A DNA stretch of 64,000 nucleotides from a virus. Position numbers and translations under genes: made by a program. The notes beneath the pieces are model-generated. The model did no database searches. It worked only from the letters and a program-made list of their open reading frames with translations, and was not told where the DNA came from. The DNA is taken from IMG/VR virus record IMGVR_UViG_3300029319_009270, positions 26,545 through 90,544 of that record; one strand, 5' to 3'. Shown here in pieces: positions 36,910-45,585 of the stretch. Within the stretch, counting starts at the first letter, position 1. Each line of letters opens with the position of its first letter.

Positions 36910-37135
36910 TTTTGACCTCACTAATTTTGCCTCCTGCAATTGCAAAGGCGTCTGTTAAACAATCAGGCTCTATTTTTTCAAAAAATATTGAGCTATGATC
37001 TGATAAGCGAATAATTCCTGATAAAAAATCTTTATTTATATTTGTAATAATACACTGCAATTCATCCTTATTACAAAAACTAAAAGAATTAATTATTTTA
37101 TCATTACTAGCAGTCAAAATTAGTTTGTGCATCAA
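36866..37135 (-). CDS. Hypothetical protein
   Basis: Coupled ORF inside the cluster. Confidence 0.5.
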   Translation of the reverse strand: MMHKLILTASNDKIINSFSFCNKDELQCIITNINKDFLSGIIRLSDHSSIFFEKIEPDCLTDAFAIAGGKISEVKNAEKPVQFTSKIQF

Positions 37136-37629
37136 TAACCATTTTTAAGTCTATCATTAATTATTATGTCTTTATTCAAATATGCCTTAAAAAATTCATC
37201 TGAGTCTATGTTTAGATGTATCATTAACGAAAAGAAATAGTTAAAAGCATCAACCATCTCTTCTAAAAATTCTTCCTTATTAAATGTTCCACCAACATCA
37301 GTTTGACGATGAGACTTCCAATTTTTCAAGTGTTGGAGAGCTTCAAACATCTCCTCGACGCCGTGCAATGCTAAGTCTCTTAGATATTTTTGACCATCTT
37401 TTGATGCAGGATTAATTTCTTTTGGTTGCGCTTTCGGAACTGTTTTACTTAAATTAGTCATAAAAGCTTTTCTAAGTAAGAAAATCTGTTCTAAACGATC
37501 ACAATTAAATTCATTATTTGTCTTCTCTTCTTCCTTTAACAGACTCAAGCATTGATTCAATTTCTCTTTCAATTCTTTCTTTGCTTTCTTTCGTAAGTTT
37601 AAGGTTTCCATCGCCATTCTCCAGTTCAA
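37132..37629 (-). CDS. Dimeric all-alpha dUTPase/dCTPase-like NTP pyrophosphatase (start uncertain)
   Basis: EEMFEALQHLKNWKSHR...EEMVDAFNYF...YLNK..N.DR...GY. Confidence 0.82.
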   Translation of the reverse strand: MNWRMAMETLNLRKKAKKELKEKLNQCLSLLKEEEKTNNEFNCDRLEQIFLLRKAFMTNLSKTVPKAQPKEINPASKDGQKYLRDLALHGVEEMFEALQHLKNWKSHRQTDVGGTFNKEEFLEEMVDAFNYFFSLMIHLNIDSDEFFKAYLNKDIIINDRLKNGY

Positions 37630-37723
37630 AAGTTCTTAAGTGATCAACAATATCAGTCCCGGATAAAATAGCTATCTGTAAGGTTCTAGCCACATCTGAG
37701 ATTAATTCATCTGAAAATTTCAT
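37514..37723 (-). CDS. Small hypothetical phage protein
   Basis: AGGAG RBS, 69 aa. Confidence 0.7.
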   Translation of the reverse strand: MKFSDELISDVARTLQIAILSGTDIVDHLRTFELENGDGNLKLTKESKERIEREIESMLESVKGRREDK

Positions 37724-37732
37724 TTTATTCTC

Positions 37733-38545
37733 CTATTTTTGAATACTTGGTACCCAATGTGTTGTCCTCTTGTCTTTAGTCTTTTCTCTAACAACAAGAT
37801 TACCATTTGGATCTGTTTTTTGATTATACACAGCAAAACGCCTACTGTACAAACCTTTTTCACCATTTGACTGCCTATATGTTGCTATTGTAGCTCCACC
37901 CATTTGATACGAAAGTCTAGTAATCCACCGACACGCTTCAGAAAGAGACTCAAATTCTTTGTCAGATACATCCTTACTTAACCTGTGGGGAGATATCTGG
38001 CACGCATAAAGTATTTCTGCTTTTAAATAGTTACCAACCCCAGATATCACAGATTGATTCATTAGGTTTTCAGCTACAGTTTTATTAGGCCTCTTTAAAA
38101 ACCTTTCTCTAATTGTATTCTGATCAACTTCTGAATTTAAAACATCAGGTCCGAGCGACTTAAGTTTCTTCTCAAGTTCATGGAAGCATCGCACATATTT
38201 AAGCGTTCCAAAGTTTCTCACGTCATTAAAGTGAACGCTCTGACCTTTATGGTTAGTTAGCGTTACGCGCGTGTGCTTGTTCTTTTTGCGCTGCCACATC
38301 CCGCTCATACCTAATGTTGACCACAAAGACGAACCGGTATTAAATTTAAAATAGATAAACTTACCTTTGCAGCAAACTTCTTCTACAATCAACGGGAATA
38401 ACTCATTATCTAATAAGTCATAACCTTTAAACGGACCGTGTTTGACATAACGCCCTGAATTAATCTGGACATCTAATATTCTGGTTCCTTGCAGAATGCT
38501 ATTTAAATAGTCAACATTTTTTCTTACTTCTGGACCTTCAGGCAT
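37733..38545 (-). CDS. Fpg/Nei family DNA glycosylase/AP lyase with a zincless finger
   Basis: MPEGPEV, KGKF, LGMSG, DVRNFG, LGPD and H2TH SGVGNYLKAE; no Cys4 finger. Confidence 0.93.
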   Translation of the reverse strand: MPEGPEVRKNVDYLNSILQGTRILDVQINSGRYVKHGPFKGYDLLDNELFPLIVEEVCCKGKFIYFKFNTGSSLWSTLGMSGMWQRKKNKHTRVTLTNHKGQSVHFNDVRNFGTLKYVRCFHELEKKLKSLGPDVLNSEVDQNTIRERFLKRPNKTVAENLMNQSVISGVGNYLKAEILYACQISPHRLSKDVSDKEFESLSEACRWITRLSYQMGGATIATYRQSNGEKGLYSRRFAVYNQKTDPNGNLVVREKTKDKRTTHWVPSIQK

Positions 38546-39110
38546 TTACACCCCTCCTAAACCAATCTGGCATTGTTGCACGCGGTTCCCATTTGGCAAA
38601 CCGGACTTTGTCTTGAATATAATAATTTCTATAGCTTTTTACCGGGTCTCCCGGGACTTTGTAATCTTCTTTCATGCATACAGCAAAAGGGGATAGACCT
38701 TTGTTGTTCATGAAGCGTGGCTTATTCTTACCGAGCCAGTCTAATACTGCTTCAGACTTATGTGTCCTGTGGTATCTCTGTGTGTATTCTTTGCACAGAG
38801 CGACTCCTAATTCCCAGTGCCATTCGTAATTTGCTAGTGACTCGTTTGTCCACAAGGTGCAAGGGTGTCTTATATGAGAAAGTTTCCACGGTGGCTGCTC
38901 GAGTGGGTGCGTGTTATCAAAAAGCCACTGCTGAATATCTCTGACTCTTTTAAAATCCGTTATTTCGCCATCATAATAATTCTTAAGCAAGTGCAACCAA
39001 TGCGCTGTACAGAGCATTTGACCTGATTCTAAAATCATTTTAACGACGTGTTTATTACAGTGATATTTTGCTGCTATTACAGGATTCTTATCAAGAACAA
39101 ATATATTCAT
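38538..39110 (-). CDS. Pyrimidine-dimer DNA glycosylase (DenV-like family)
   Basis: MNIFVLD...A..HC.KHVVKM.LE..QML, HPCTLW, EYT.RY...H and SYRNYY. Confidence 0.8.
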   Translation of the reverse strand: MNIFVLDKNPVIAAKYHCNKHVVKMILESGQMLCTAHWLHLLKNYYDGEITDFKRVRDIQQWLFDNTHPLEQPPWKLSHIRHPCTLWTNESLANYEWHWELGVALCKEYTQRYHRTHKSEAVLDWLGKNKPRFMNNKGLSPFAVCMKEDYKVPGDPVKSYRNYYIQDKVRFAKWEPRATMPDWFRRGVNA

Positions 39111-39525
39111 TACTTCTCAACCAATTGACATAGTTTACAAGAGCGCCATCTTTTGGCTGTACAGTTTTCCACTCACCTTTGCAAAATATTCGATAAGCAT
39201 CAGAACCGTACTTTCCGATACCATATAAATTGGTAGCATCACCTTGCCAGTCTTTGCTTAGATAATCGCAAGACATTTTTTTAAGAGCTTTAGCACGCTT
39301 CTTCGACAGACCTAGAGGCTGTATAAGCTCTACCAGATCATCATAATCAGCGTTTGCAAGGTCTTCAGGTGTTGGCCATCGCTTTAAAACTTCCCAAAAA
39401 TAAGGCTCGGCAGTTAAGCGTTTTGTTAAGTTACAAAAAATACAACAAACAAAAATCTTCCAAGGATCTTGCCAGAGTTTCTCTTGCAGTAGTGTATAGG
39501 GTGATTTAGGTGCTTTCCAATTCAT
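39091..39525 (-). CDS. MBD4-like HhH-GPD mismatch DNA glycosylase
   Basis: W..PKSPY.LLQE.L..DPWK, LYGIGKYGSDAYRIFC and W..VQPKD (catalytic Asp), paralleling the eukaryotic MBD4 catalytic domain. Confidence 0.9.
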   Translation of the reverse strand: MNWKAPKSPYTLLQEKLWQDPWKIFVCCIFCNLTKRLTAEPYFWEVLKRWPTPEDLANADYDDLVELIQPLGLSKKRAKALKKMSCDYLSKDWQGDATNLYGIGKYGSDAYRIFCKGEWKTVQPKDGALVNYVNWLRSNEYICS

Positions 39526-39543
39526 AGTAATTATATTATATTA

Positions 39544-40308
39544 CTATTTCTTATTTTTTACACGCTTTTTCATAATATTTGTAGGGCGCTCACCAAATTT
39601 TCTTTTTTTCGGTTTTGATCTAATTACTTCTTTAATTATATTTTCATCTGAAATTTCTATCCCTTGTTGTCTTAAATAGTTAACAACAAATAATTCTCTT
39701 TCTTCCTGGGTTAATTTTGACCACAAGTATCTTGTATCTTTTTTAATAGTTGCAATTGTATTAGACATTATTTTTTTAGAAGCATTCAGGATATTAATTT
39801 GTTCTTCAATTACATTATCAGGCTTAACAAAAACCTTAAAACAGAAGACCATTAAATCATCAAGGTATGATTGATTATAAGCTTCAGTGATGTCCTTGTA
39901 AATATTAGTCAATTCTTCTTTATAATCAGAATCTGCATGTTTTACCAAATCAGGATGACATCTTTTTACGGATTTTCTATATAGATCTTTAGCCCATTTT
40001 TTATTTACTGTTTTTTTATTTGATGCACTCTCAGAGTGAACTAGATCATCAACATCAAACTGGTCAGAAAAATTTTCATTCTGAACTTTACTTAACTCTT
40101 TTTTTTTAGATGTTGTTGTTAGAAGACCGTGCATTCCTGATATTTTAATAAACTTTTCCTCATCGGGGATTGATATTCTTTTAAATAGTTCAGAAAGATA
40201 CCAACGCATGTCATGATCAGATTTTTTAATATCTGATTCCATTTCATTTATTATTTCTTTTAAGCTTATAAGCTCTGTGACTAAAGTTACGTATTTCGAT
40301 TCTAGCAT
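39544..40308 (-). CDS. J-domain (DnaJ-like) protein
   Basis: KDLYRKSVKRCHPD...ITEAY. Confidence 0.75.
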   Translation of the reverse strand: MLESKYVTLVTELISLKEIINEMESDIKKSDHDMRWYLSELFKRISIPDEEKFIKISGMHGLLTTTSKKKELSKVQNENFSDQFDVDDLVHSESASNKKTVNKKWAKDLYRKSVKRCHPDLVKHADSDYKEELTNIYKDITEAYNQSYLDDLMVFCFKVFVKPDNVIEEQINILNASKKIMSNTIATIKKDTRYLWSKLTQEERELFVVNYLRQQGIEISDENIIKEVIRSKPKKRKFGERPTNIMKKRVKNKK

Positions 40309-40311
40309 TTT

Positions 40312-40530
40312 TTATTTTTTGTAGAACATATCCCACAAAATCACAGGCCACAGAATAGATCTTGCTTTATAATTTTTAAATAATATAATTTCATCATCTA
40401 TTTTTGATCTAGCTTTATTCGGTAAAGCACTTCTAATTCCTGATAATATCAAACTCAAACTGTGGAAATGAACATAAAATATTAGACTAATTGTTACATA
40501 AACAACTAAAAGTATTACGATGTAAAACAT
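40312..40530 (-). CDS. Small membrane protein
   Basis: Hydrophobic N-terminus. Confidence 0.6.
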   Translation of the reverse strand: MFYIVILLVVYVTISLIFYVHFHSLSLILSGIRSALPNKARSKIDDEIILFKNYKARSILWPVILWDMFYKK

Positions 40531-40537
40531 AAGAAAA

Positions 40538-41059
40538 CTACCTCACTTTTTTTCTAATCTTATCTACAAGATTCATTATATCCTTTTCAGATATTTTTTC
40601 TCTATTTTTCTTTTCTTCATATCTTCTTTTAGCGGGATGGAATGTTTCTGTCTTTATATCTTTTTCTTCTTTTATTTCTTCATTAACTTTTGATCTTCTA
40701 GTTTTTGAACTAACAAGTGTTGCTGAAGCTTTAATGTTCTTCTTTCTTTTGTTCACGCTTTCAGCAACAACTTTTACAGAATTTTCAAAATTCATTCTCA
40801 TTTCAAGAGGAATAAAAACCCGATCGTCTACTAAAACTTCTAAGTAGCAATCATAATCCCCTTCTTTTAGTATAGTTTTCATAGGGGGAATAACTATTAC
40901 GACTTCATCATTAGGTCTAAAGTCTCCTTGAATGGAATGTGTCATTTCGCGCCCTTCAATCATTAATCTACACAAAGGAACTCCGGGGCGTGTTCCTTCT
41001 ATTTGAACCTTAAAAGTCATTTCATTTTCATCATCTAAATCTAATTCAATTACTTCCAT
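40538..41059 (-). CDS. Hypothetical protein (putative virion-associated)
   Basis: 173-aa ORF downstream of the tail-like genes. Confidence 0.75.
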   Translation of the reverse strand: MEVIELDLDDENEMTFKVQIEGTRPGVPLCRLMIEGREMTHSIQGDFRPNDEVVIVIPPMKTILKEGDYDCYLEVLVDDRVFIPLEMRMNFENSVKVVAESVNKRKKNIKASATLVSSKTRRSKVNEEIKEEKDIKTETFHPAKRRYEEKKNREKISEKDIMNLVDKIRKKVR

Positions 41060-41396
41060 CTGACCCTCTCTTAATTTTTATCGTTTCTGCAATTACACTA
41101 AATATGTTTTGCTTTTTATTTTCAACTGATTTTGGCGCTGCTGTTACAGTAACATCTGTGCTATCATCAACTGTATACGTACGTTTATTAATTATCGGTC
41201 TAATTAGTTCTTTTCCATTAATTTCAATTAGTTTGGCTGCAATTGTGAATTCTTCTTTAAAGTTTTCATATAAGTCTTTAGCAACAGTCCTTCCGCCTCT
41301 TAAAGCACGTATTATTACTTTTTCAGCAAAAGTAAATCCTTGCAAAACTAAACCAACATCTTGACCACCACCTAAACCTCTAGTTACTAATCTCAT
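41046..41396 (-). CDS. Hypothetical protein (LVTRGLG start)
   Basis: Coupled ORF. Confidence 0.7.
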   Translation of the reverse strand: MRLVTRGLGGGQDVGLVLQGFTFAEKVIIRALRGGRTVAKDLYENFKEEFTIAAKLIEINGKELIRPIINKRTYTVDDSTDVTVTAAPKSVENKKQNIFSVIAETIKIKRGSDGSN

Positions 41397-41827
41397 TTTC
41401 TAATTCTTTTAAAAACAGAAGCGACAGATGGAGATCCATTTTCATCTTCAAGGTCGAATCTACCCATTTCTGTTATATTATCATCTTGATAGAATATCAT
41501 TTCATTAGTATCATTATCAATTTCCCATTGTCCTACTGTAAAATGGCGAGTTAATCTAGTATCAACTTCTACTTCATCAGAAGCGAAAACAACTGTTGAA
41601 GTACTTCCTGTCACTTCCCAAACTATTGACCCGCTAAAAGATTGTGACAGTATTAATTGTGCTCCATAAATTCCTGTTGATCCTAGTTCGTAAACTCCCG
41701 TATTTGTTCTAGAAATGCTACCTGTGCCTAATGTGTCGAACGTCTGGTAGAAAACATGATCACGGCGACCAGCTAGGGATGCACCGAAATTAACTGTTTT
41801 TACTAATTTTATTTTTGCATCTGCCAT
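41393..41827 (-). CDS. Hypothetical structural protein
   Basis: TGS/SGS-rich beta protein like the neighbouring tail proteins. Confidence 0.7.
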   Translation of the reverse strand: MADAKIKLVKTVNFGASLAGRRDHVFYQTFDTLGTGSISRTNTGVYELGSTGIYGAQLILSQSFSGSIVWEVTGSTSTVVFASDEVEVDTRLTRHFTVGQWEIDNDTNEMIFYQDDNITEMGRFDLEDENGSPSVASVFKRIRK

Positions 41828-42196
41828 CTATTGCTCGTTATTATTTCTAGAATCTATAATTTTTTCTGGTCTAGTTCCAATGGGTCTTTGTTTTTCAGGT
41901 TTGATTCTTTTAACAGGTTCGCTATATTGTTTTGCAATTGTGTCAATTAAATTATTTTTTTCTTGTACTATCTTTGAGCTCATCTCGTAACTAAATATTA
42001 CATTGTCAAGAAATCTTATACACTTTACGTAAGAGTCGACTAAAGATGCGTAGCCATTTTCATCAATAGCAGCATTTTTTAAGGCGTTTTCGAAAAACAA
42101 AATAAGCTGTTTATAATTGTTTAAATGAACTTCATCAAAACTATTTTTAGCAAGCTGTGTATCAGTTTTAAAAGACTCAAGATTTTTTATATCCAT
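41828..42196 (-). CDS. Hypothetical protein
   Basis: Start reassigned to ATG 42196 (AGAGG RBS) because the longer start lies inside the terminator. Confidence 0.7.
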   Translation of the reverse strand: MDIKNLESFKTDTQLAKNSFDEVHLNNYKQLILFFENALKNAAIDENGYASLVDSYVKCIRFLDNVIFSYEMSSKIVQEKNNLIDTIAKQYSEPVKRIKPEKQRPIGTRPEKIIDSRNNNEQ

Positions 42197-42228
42197 ACTA
42201 ACATTCCTCTTGTTTACATAAAAATAAT

Positions 42229-42262
42229 AAAAAAAAAGCACAATTCGTAAACTGTGCTTTTT
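42229..42262. terminator. Rho-independent terminator
   Basis: AAAAGCACA/TGTGCTTTT hairpin with a long A-tract (U-tract on the minus strand). Confidence 0.7.
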
Positions 42263-42285
42263 AAATAGTAGATGTGTAAAACTAA

Positions 42286-45207
42286 TTATCTTGCGATAAT
42301 TGTTATAATATCATCTACTTCCAAATCAAATGCGAACGAACCAGAAAACTGTGTTGCGCTTATTTGAGTCAATACATAGTCTCCATCAGTAGGCGCTGTG
42401 TTATCAACCTTAGAACCACTCACCAAAAGCTGACCGTTCAAGAACAGATCAACATTTTTAAATAAATTAGCTTGAGAAATATCATTTATTTCAGAAGCAA
42501 TATTACCGTTAAGATTTCCGATGATGTTGAAGTGTGTTGATTGAGCCGCTGTTGCTGACGCAGTCAAAATTAAACCAGTAACACCTGATGATATTTCTGT
42601 TTTAACAGCTAAAACTGCCTTGTTCAAACTAGCTCCAGCTGCAGCAGCAAAGCTCAAGTTACCAGAACCATCAGTTTGTAGAAATTGACCATTTGATCCA
42701 TTACTATCAGGCAAGACAAGTGATCTTGCTGTTGTCGTAGCTGTCGTTATAGTGTGTGTTTGATTATTCTTAGAAATAATAAGCTGACCACTATTGGCAG
42801 GAGTTTGTCCATCTAGAATTGTGATTCCATTTCTTTTGATTTGTAAAACATCATTTGCGTCTGTTGTTCTAAAGCCAAGCTGACTAGCTGTATTAGCATC
42901 AATAGTCGACCTTGTTGTTCCACCGTCTTGAATTACGATTTGACCGCTAGCAGCATTCATTGTAATCGCAGTACTATTTTGACTTTCAATCAAGAAACCG
43001 TCAGAGTGTGATCCATGGATTTGACCCTGCTTTGTAGAACCTGATAAGAAATCATTGATGTAATATTCAGTTTTACCAACCTCAGTTCCACCATAAAGTA
43101 AGACGTTCGAAGAACCTGATACAAAATTGTTATCGCCCGAACCCGTCACCATTGAAGCAGCAACAATTAACGAGTTTGATTCTCTGTTGAAAACCAACCC
43201 ACCTAAAGTAGTTGCTAATTGCAGTGAACCAAGTCCGTTGATCATATCAGCATTTGTAATTGTGTCATCACCGTCGTCTCCTGCATAAGTTTCAGATGAA
43301 CCTAGCATTTGAACTTCAACAACGTTATTTTCTGCAGTAGATCCTGATAAGACGATACCATATGCACGTTTTCCTGCGCCATTTGATGAACTTAACATCA
43401 AAATAGCACCTCTTAGCCTATCTAAAACTTCCATCTCACCGGTAGTAGAATAGCTTCGGTGATTTTGAAGCTTAAACTTCATAACAGCACCAGCTGTGGC
43501 ATTTTGATTTGCGTTAGCTTCTTCAGTATCAACGGTTGGATTATCTCTATCAAGCTTAAATATACCAAAAGGTGAGCCTGCTGGCGGAGTGTCTGTCGCG
43601 TCATCTGGCATTGCTGGCAAAGCTATTGTAGCATCATTAAAAAGACCGTTGGCAGAATTGTGCGAAAGTGATCTTTTGAAAACCAAACCGTAATCATAAG
43701 ATGCAACACTTCCTTCGACTTCAGTAGCAGCAGAATGGAAAGATGCTGACGTTAACAATGCTCCGGATCCTGGATCGTTTCCATGAAGGAGTAATACCGG
43801 ATCGCGATATTCAACAACAGAAGATGTAACATACTGATAAGATATGTCACCTGTAATATCTAAATCACCTGTAACTGCCAAGCCACCTGTAATTGATGCA
43901 TCACCTGAAACTGTTAAACCACCTGTAATAGCAACGTTGTTAGAACCAGCATCAAGAACAATATCTGCAGCTTCACCGTGAATATTAACAGTTTTGTCAG
44001 TAGCTCCATTTTCACCAATTGTAATTGTACGAGTACCATCAGTACCAATATTAATATTCTGGTTGTCGTTATCATTACCAATGCTTATTGCGCCACCAGT
44101 TGAATTAATATTAACAACGCCTGATGCATCTAAATGAATCTGCCTAGTATTTGTTGTGGTAACATCTCTATCATCACTAATTGCAATAATTGTAGCATTA
44201 TTCTCTTGCAAGTTAATACCGGTCTTACCATCTAACGTAAGTGCTCCAGCAGCTGTTGCGAATTCTGAAGCTGATCCTGCATCAATATTAACTGCGCCAG
44301 CAGTAGCATTAATATCAATTGCACCTAATCTAGCTGTAATATCAATTTCACCACCATCTGATTGCAAGTTCAATCCTGTTGATCCTGAAATTGTAAGGGC
44401 GCCATTTGTTGTCACATTAGATGCTCCAACAGCGTCTACAGAAAATGTGCTTGTTCCATCAATAGTAATTGCACCTGAAGAGTCAATGTCTAAAGCTGCC
44501 GTATCAATATCAAATGCAACATCTGCAGCTTTACCGATATTAATTCCGCTAGATGCATCTATGTCAATAGTTGAACCTGCGTCTATATCAATTGCGCCTT
44601 GTGTATTTGATATTGTTGTAGTACCTTCTCGAGCAGTTAATGTAATGTTGTCTGAACCTGATAATGTTAAATTACCATGAGTTGTTATGTTAGAAGCACC
44701 AACTGCATCCACAGAAAATGTGCTTGTTCCATCAATAGTAATTGCACCCGAAGCGTCTATATCTAAGGCAGCAGAGTTAATATCAACAGTTTGTCCAGTA
44801 CCGTCTAAAAGAAAAGTACCGCCTTTCGATCTAATCTCAACCGTACTATCGGCAGCTTCTCCAATACCAATTGTTCTAGTACCGTCGGTACCGATATTAA
44901 TATCTTGATCATTGTCATCAGCTCCGATACTAATTGATCCACCCGAAGAGTCAATTGTAATTGCTCCGGAAGCATTAACATCAAATATTGAAGATGAAAA
45001 AGTACCGGCTGTTTGATTAAAGGGTTCTCCGTCTACACCGTGAATTCTCTCTAAAGCTCCTGCAAATGCTCCGAGCAGATCTAAAAGATCAGATCCGGTT
45101 AGTGCGGCGACTGTTGATTTTCCTGTGTAATCTCTCGAATCTTCTAAGTACAAGTCTGTAGCAGATCCCGTTATCTGTGTTAATCTCACTTGTGTTCTTT
45201 GTGCCAT
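42286..45207 (-). CDS. Large tail fibre/spike-like structural protein with beta repeats
   Basis: 973 aa, G/S/T/D/I-rich, IDASGAITIDG repeats, NGQFLQTDGSGNLSF and LFLNGQLL motifs. Confidence 0.75.
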   Translation of the reverse strand: MAQRTQVRLTQITGSATDLYLEDSRDYTGKSTVAALTGSDLLDLLGAFAGALERIHGVDGEPFNQTAGTFSSSIFDVNASGAITIDSSGGSISIGADDNDQDINIGTDGTRTIGIGEAADSTVEIRSKGGTFLLDGTGQTVDINSAALDIDASGAITIDGTSTFSVDAVGASNITTHGNLTLSGSDNITLTAREGTTTISNTQGAIDIDAGSTIDIDASSGINIGKAADVAFDIDTAALDIDSSGAITIDGTSTFSVDAVGASNVTTNGALTISGSTGLNLQSDGGEIDITARLGAIDINATAGAVNIDAGSASEFATAAGALTLDGKTGINLQENNATIIAISDDRDVTTTNTRQIHLDASGVVNINSTGGAISIGNDNDNQNINIGTDGTRTITIGENGATDKTVNIHGEAADIVLDAGSNNVAITGGLTVSGDASITGGLAVTGDLDITGDISYQYVTSSVVEYRDPVLLLHGNDPGSGALLTSASFHSAATEVEGSVASYDYGLVFKRSLSHNSANGLFNDATIALPAMPDDATDTPPAGSPFGIFKLDRDNPTVDTEEANANQNATAGAVMKFKLQNHRSYSTTGEMEVLDRLRGAILMLSSSNGAGKRAYGIVLSGSTAENNVVEVQMLGSSETYAGDDGDDTITNADMINGLGSLQLATTLGGLVFNRESNSLIVAASMVTGSGDNNFVSGSSNVLLYGGTEVGKTEYYINDFLSGSTKQGQIHGSHSDGFLIESQNSTAITMNAASGQIVIQDGGTTRSTIDANTASQLGFRTTDANDVLQIKRNGITILDGQTPANSGQLIISKNNQTHTITTATTTARSLVLPDSNGSNGQFLQTDGSGNLSFAAAAGASLNKAVLAVKTEISSGVTGLILTASATAAQSTHFNIIGNLNGNIASEINDISQANLFKNVDLFLNGQLLVSGSKVDNTAPTDGDYVLTQISATQFSGSFAFDLEVDDIITIIAR
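44438..44748. repeat. Exact 38-bp direct repeat (44438-44475 and 44711-44748), 273 bp (91 codons) apart
   Basis: ACAGAAAATGTGCTTGTTCCATCAATAGTAATTGCACC occurs twice. Confidence 0.9.
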
Positions 45208-45336
45208 TGTTTTCTCCTATAGCAATTATTTAAACTTTACCTTACTTAAAACGGAACTATAACAACATAATGTAAATTACATTCATAAGTATTAAGCTAG
45301 AAACAATTTATCAAGTAAAATATTAAAGATTTACTT

Positions 45337-45579
45337 CTAAGACTTGTACAAAATATTTTTTAAGTTTTTCATGTGAGCATCAAATTTAGCAGATTCACTA
45401 TTTACAAAATCAACAGCATATCCTGTACCAAGATGATTTGGGTCATCAAAAACAAATTGAAATCTGCCTCGCTGATCGCGTCCAGCTGATTGTAGCTTAA
45501 GACCTTTCATCATTATATACGCAGCAATGGCTATGTCCGAAGTTTCGAATGTATTCATATTATTCATAACTATTCCCAA
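45337..45579 (-). CDS. DUF5659-like small protein
   Basis: FETSDIAIAAYI...GRFQFVFDD. Confidence 0.65.
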   Translation of the reverse strand: MGIVMNNMNTFETSDIAIAAYIMMKGLKLQSAGRDQRGRFQFVFDDPNHLGTGYAVDFVNSESAKFDAHMKNLKNILYKS

Positions 45580-45585
45580 TCATAA

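Noticed and set aside
37514-37629. Programmed frameshift joining the 69-aa ORF and the dUTPase-like gene
   Set aside because: The overlap is more simply explained by a downstream non-ATG start; no clear slippery site was identified
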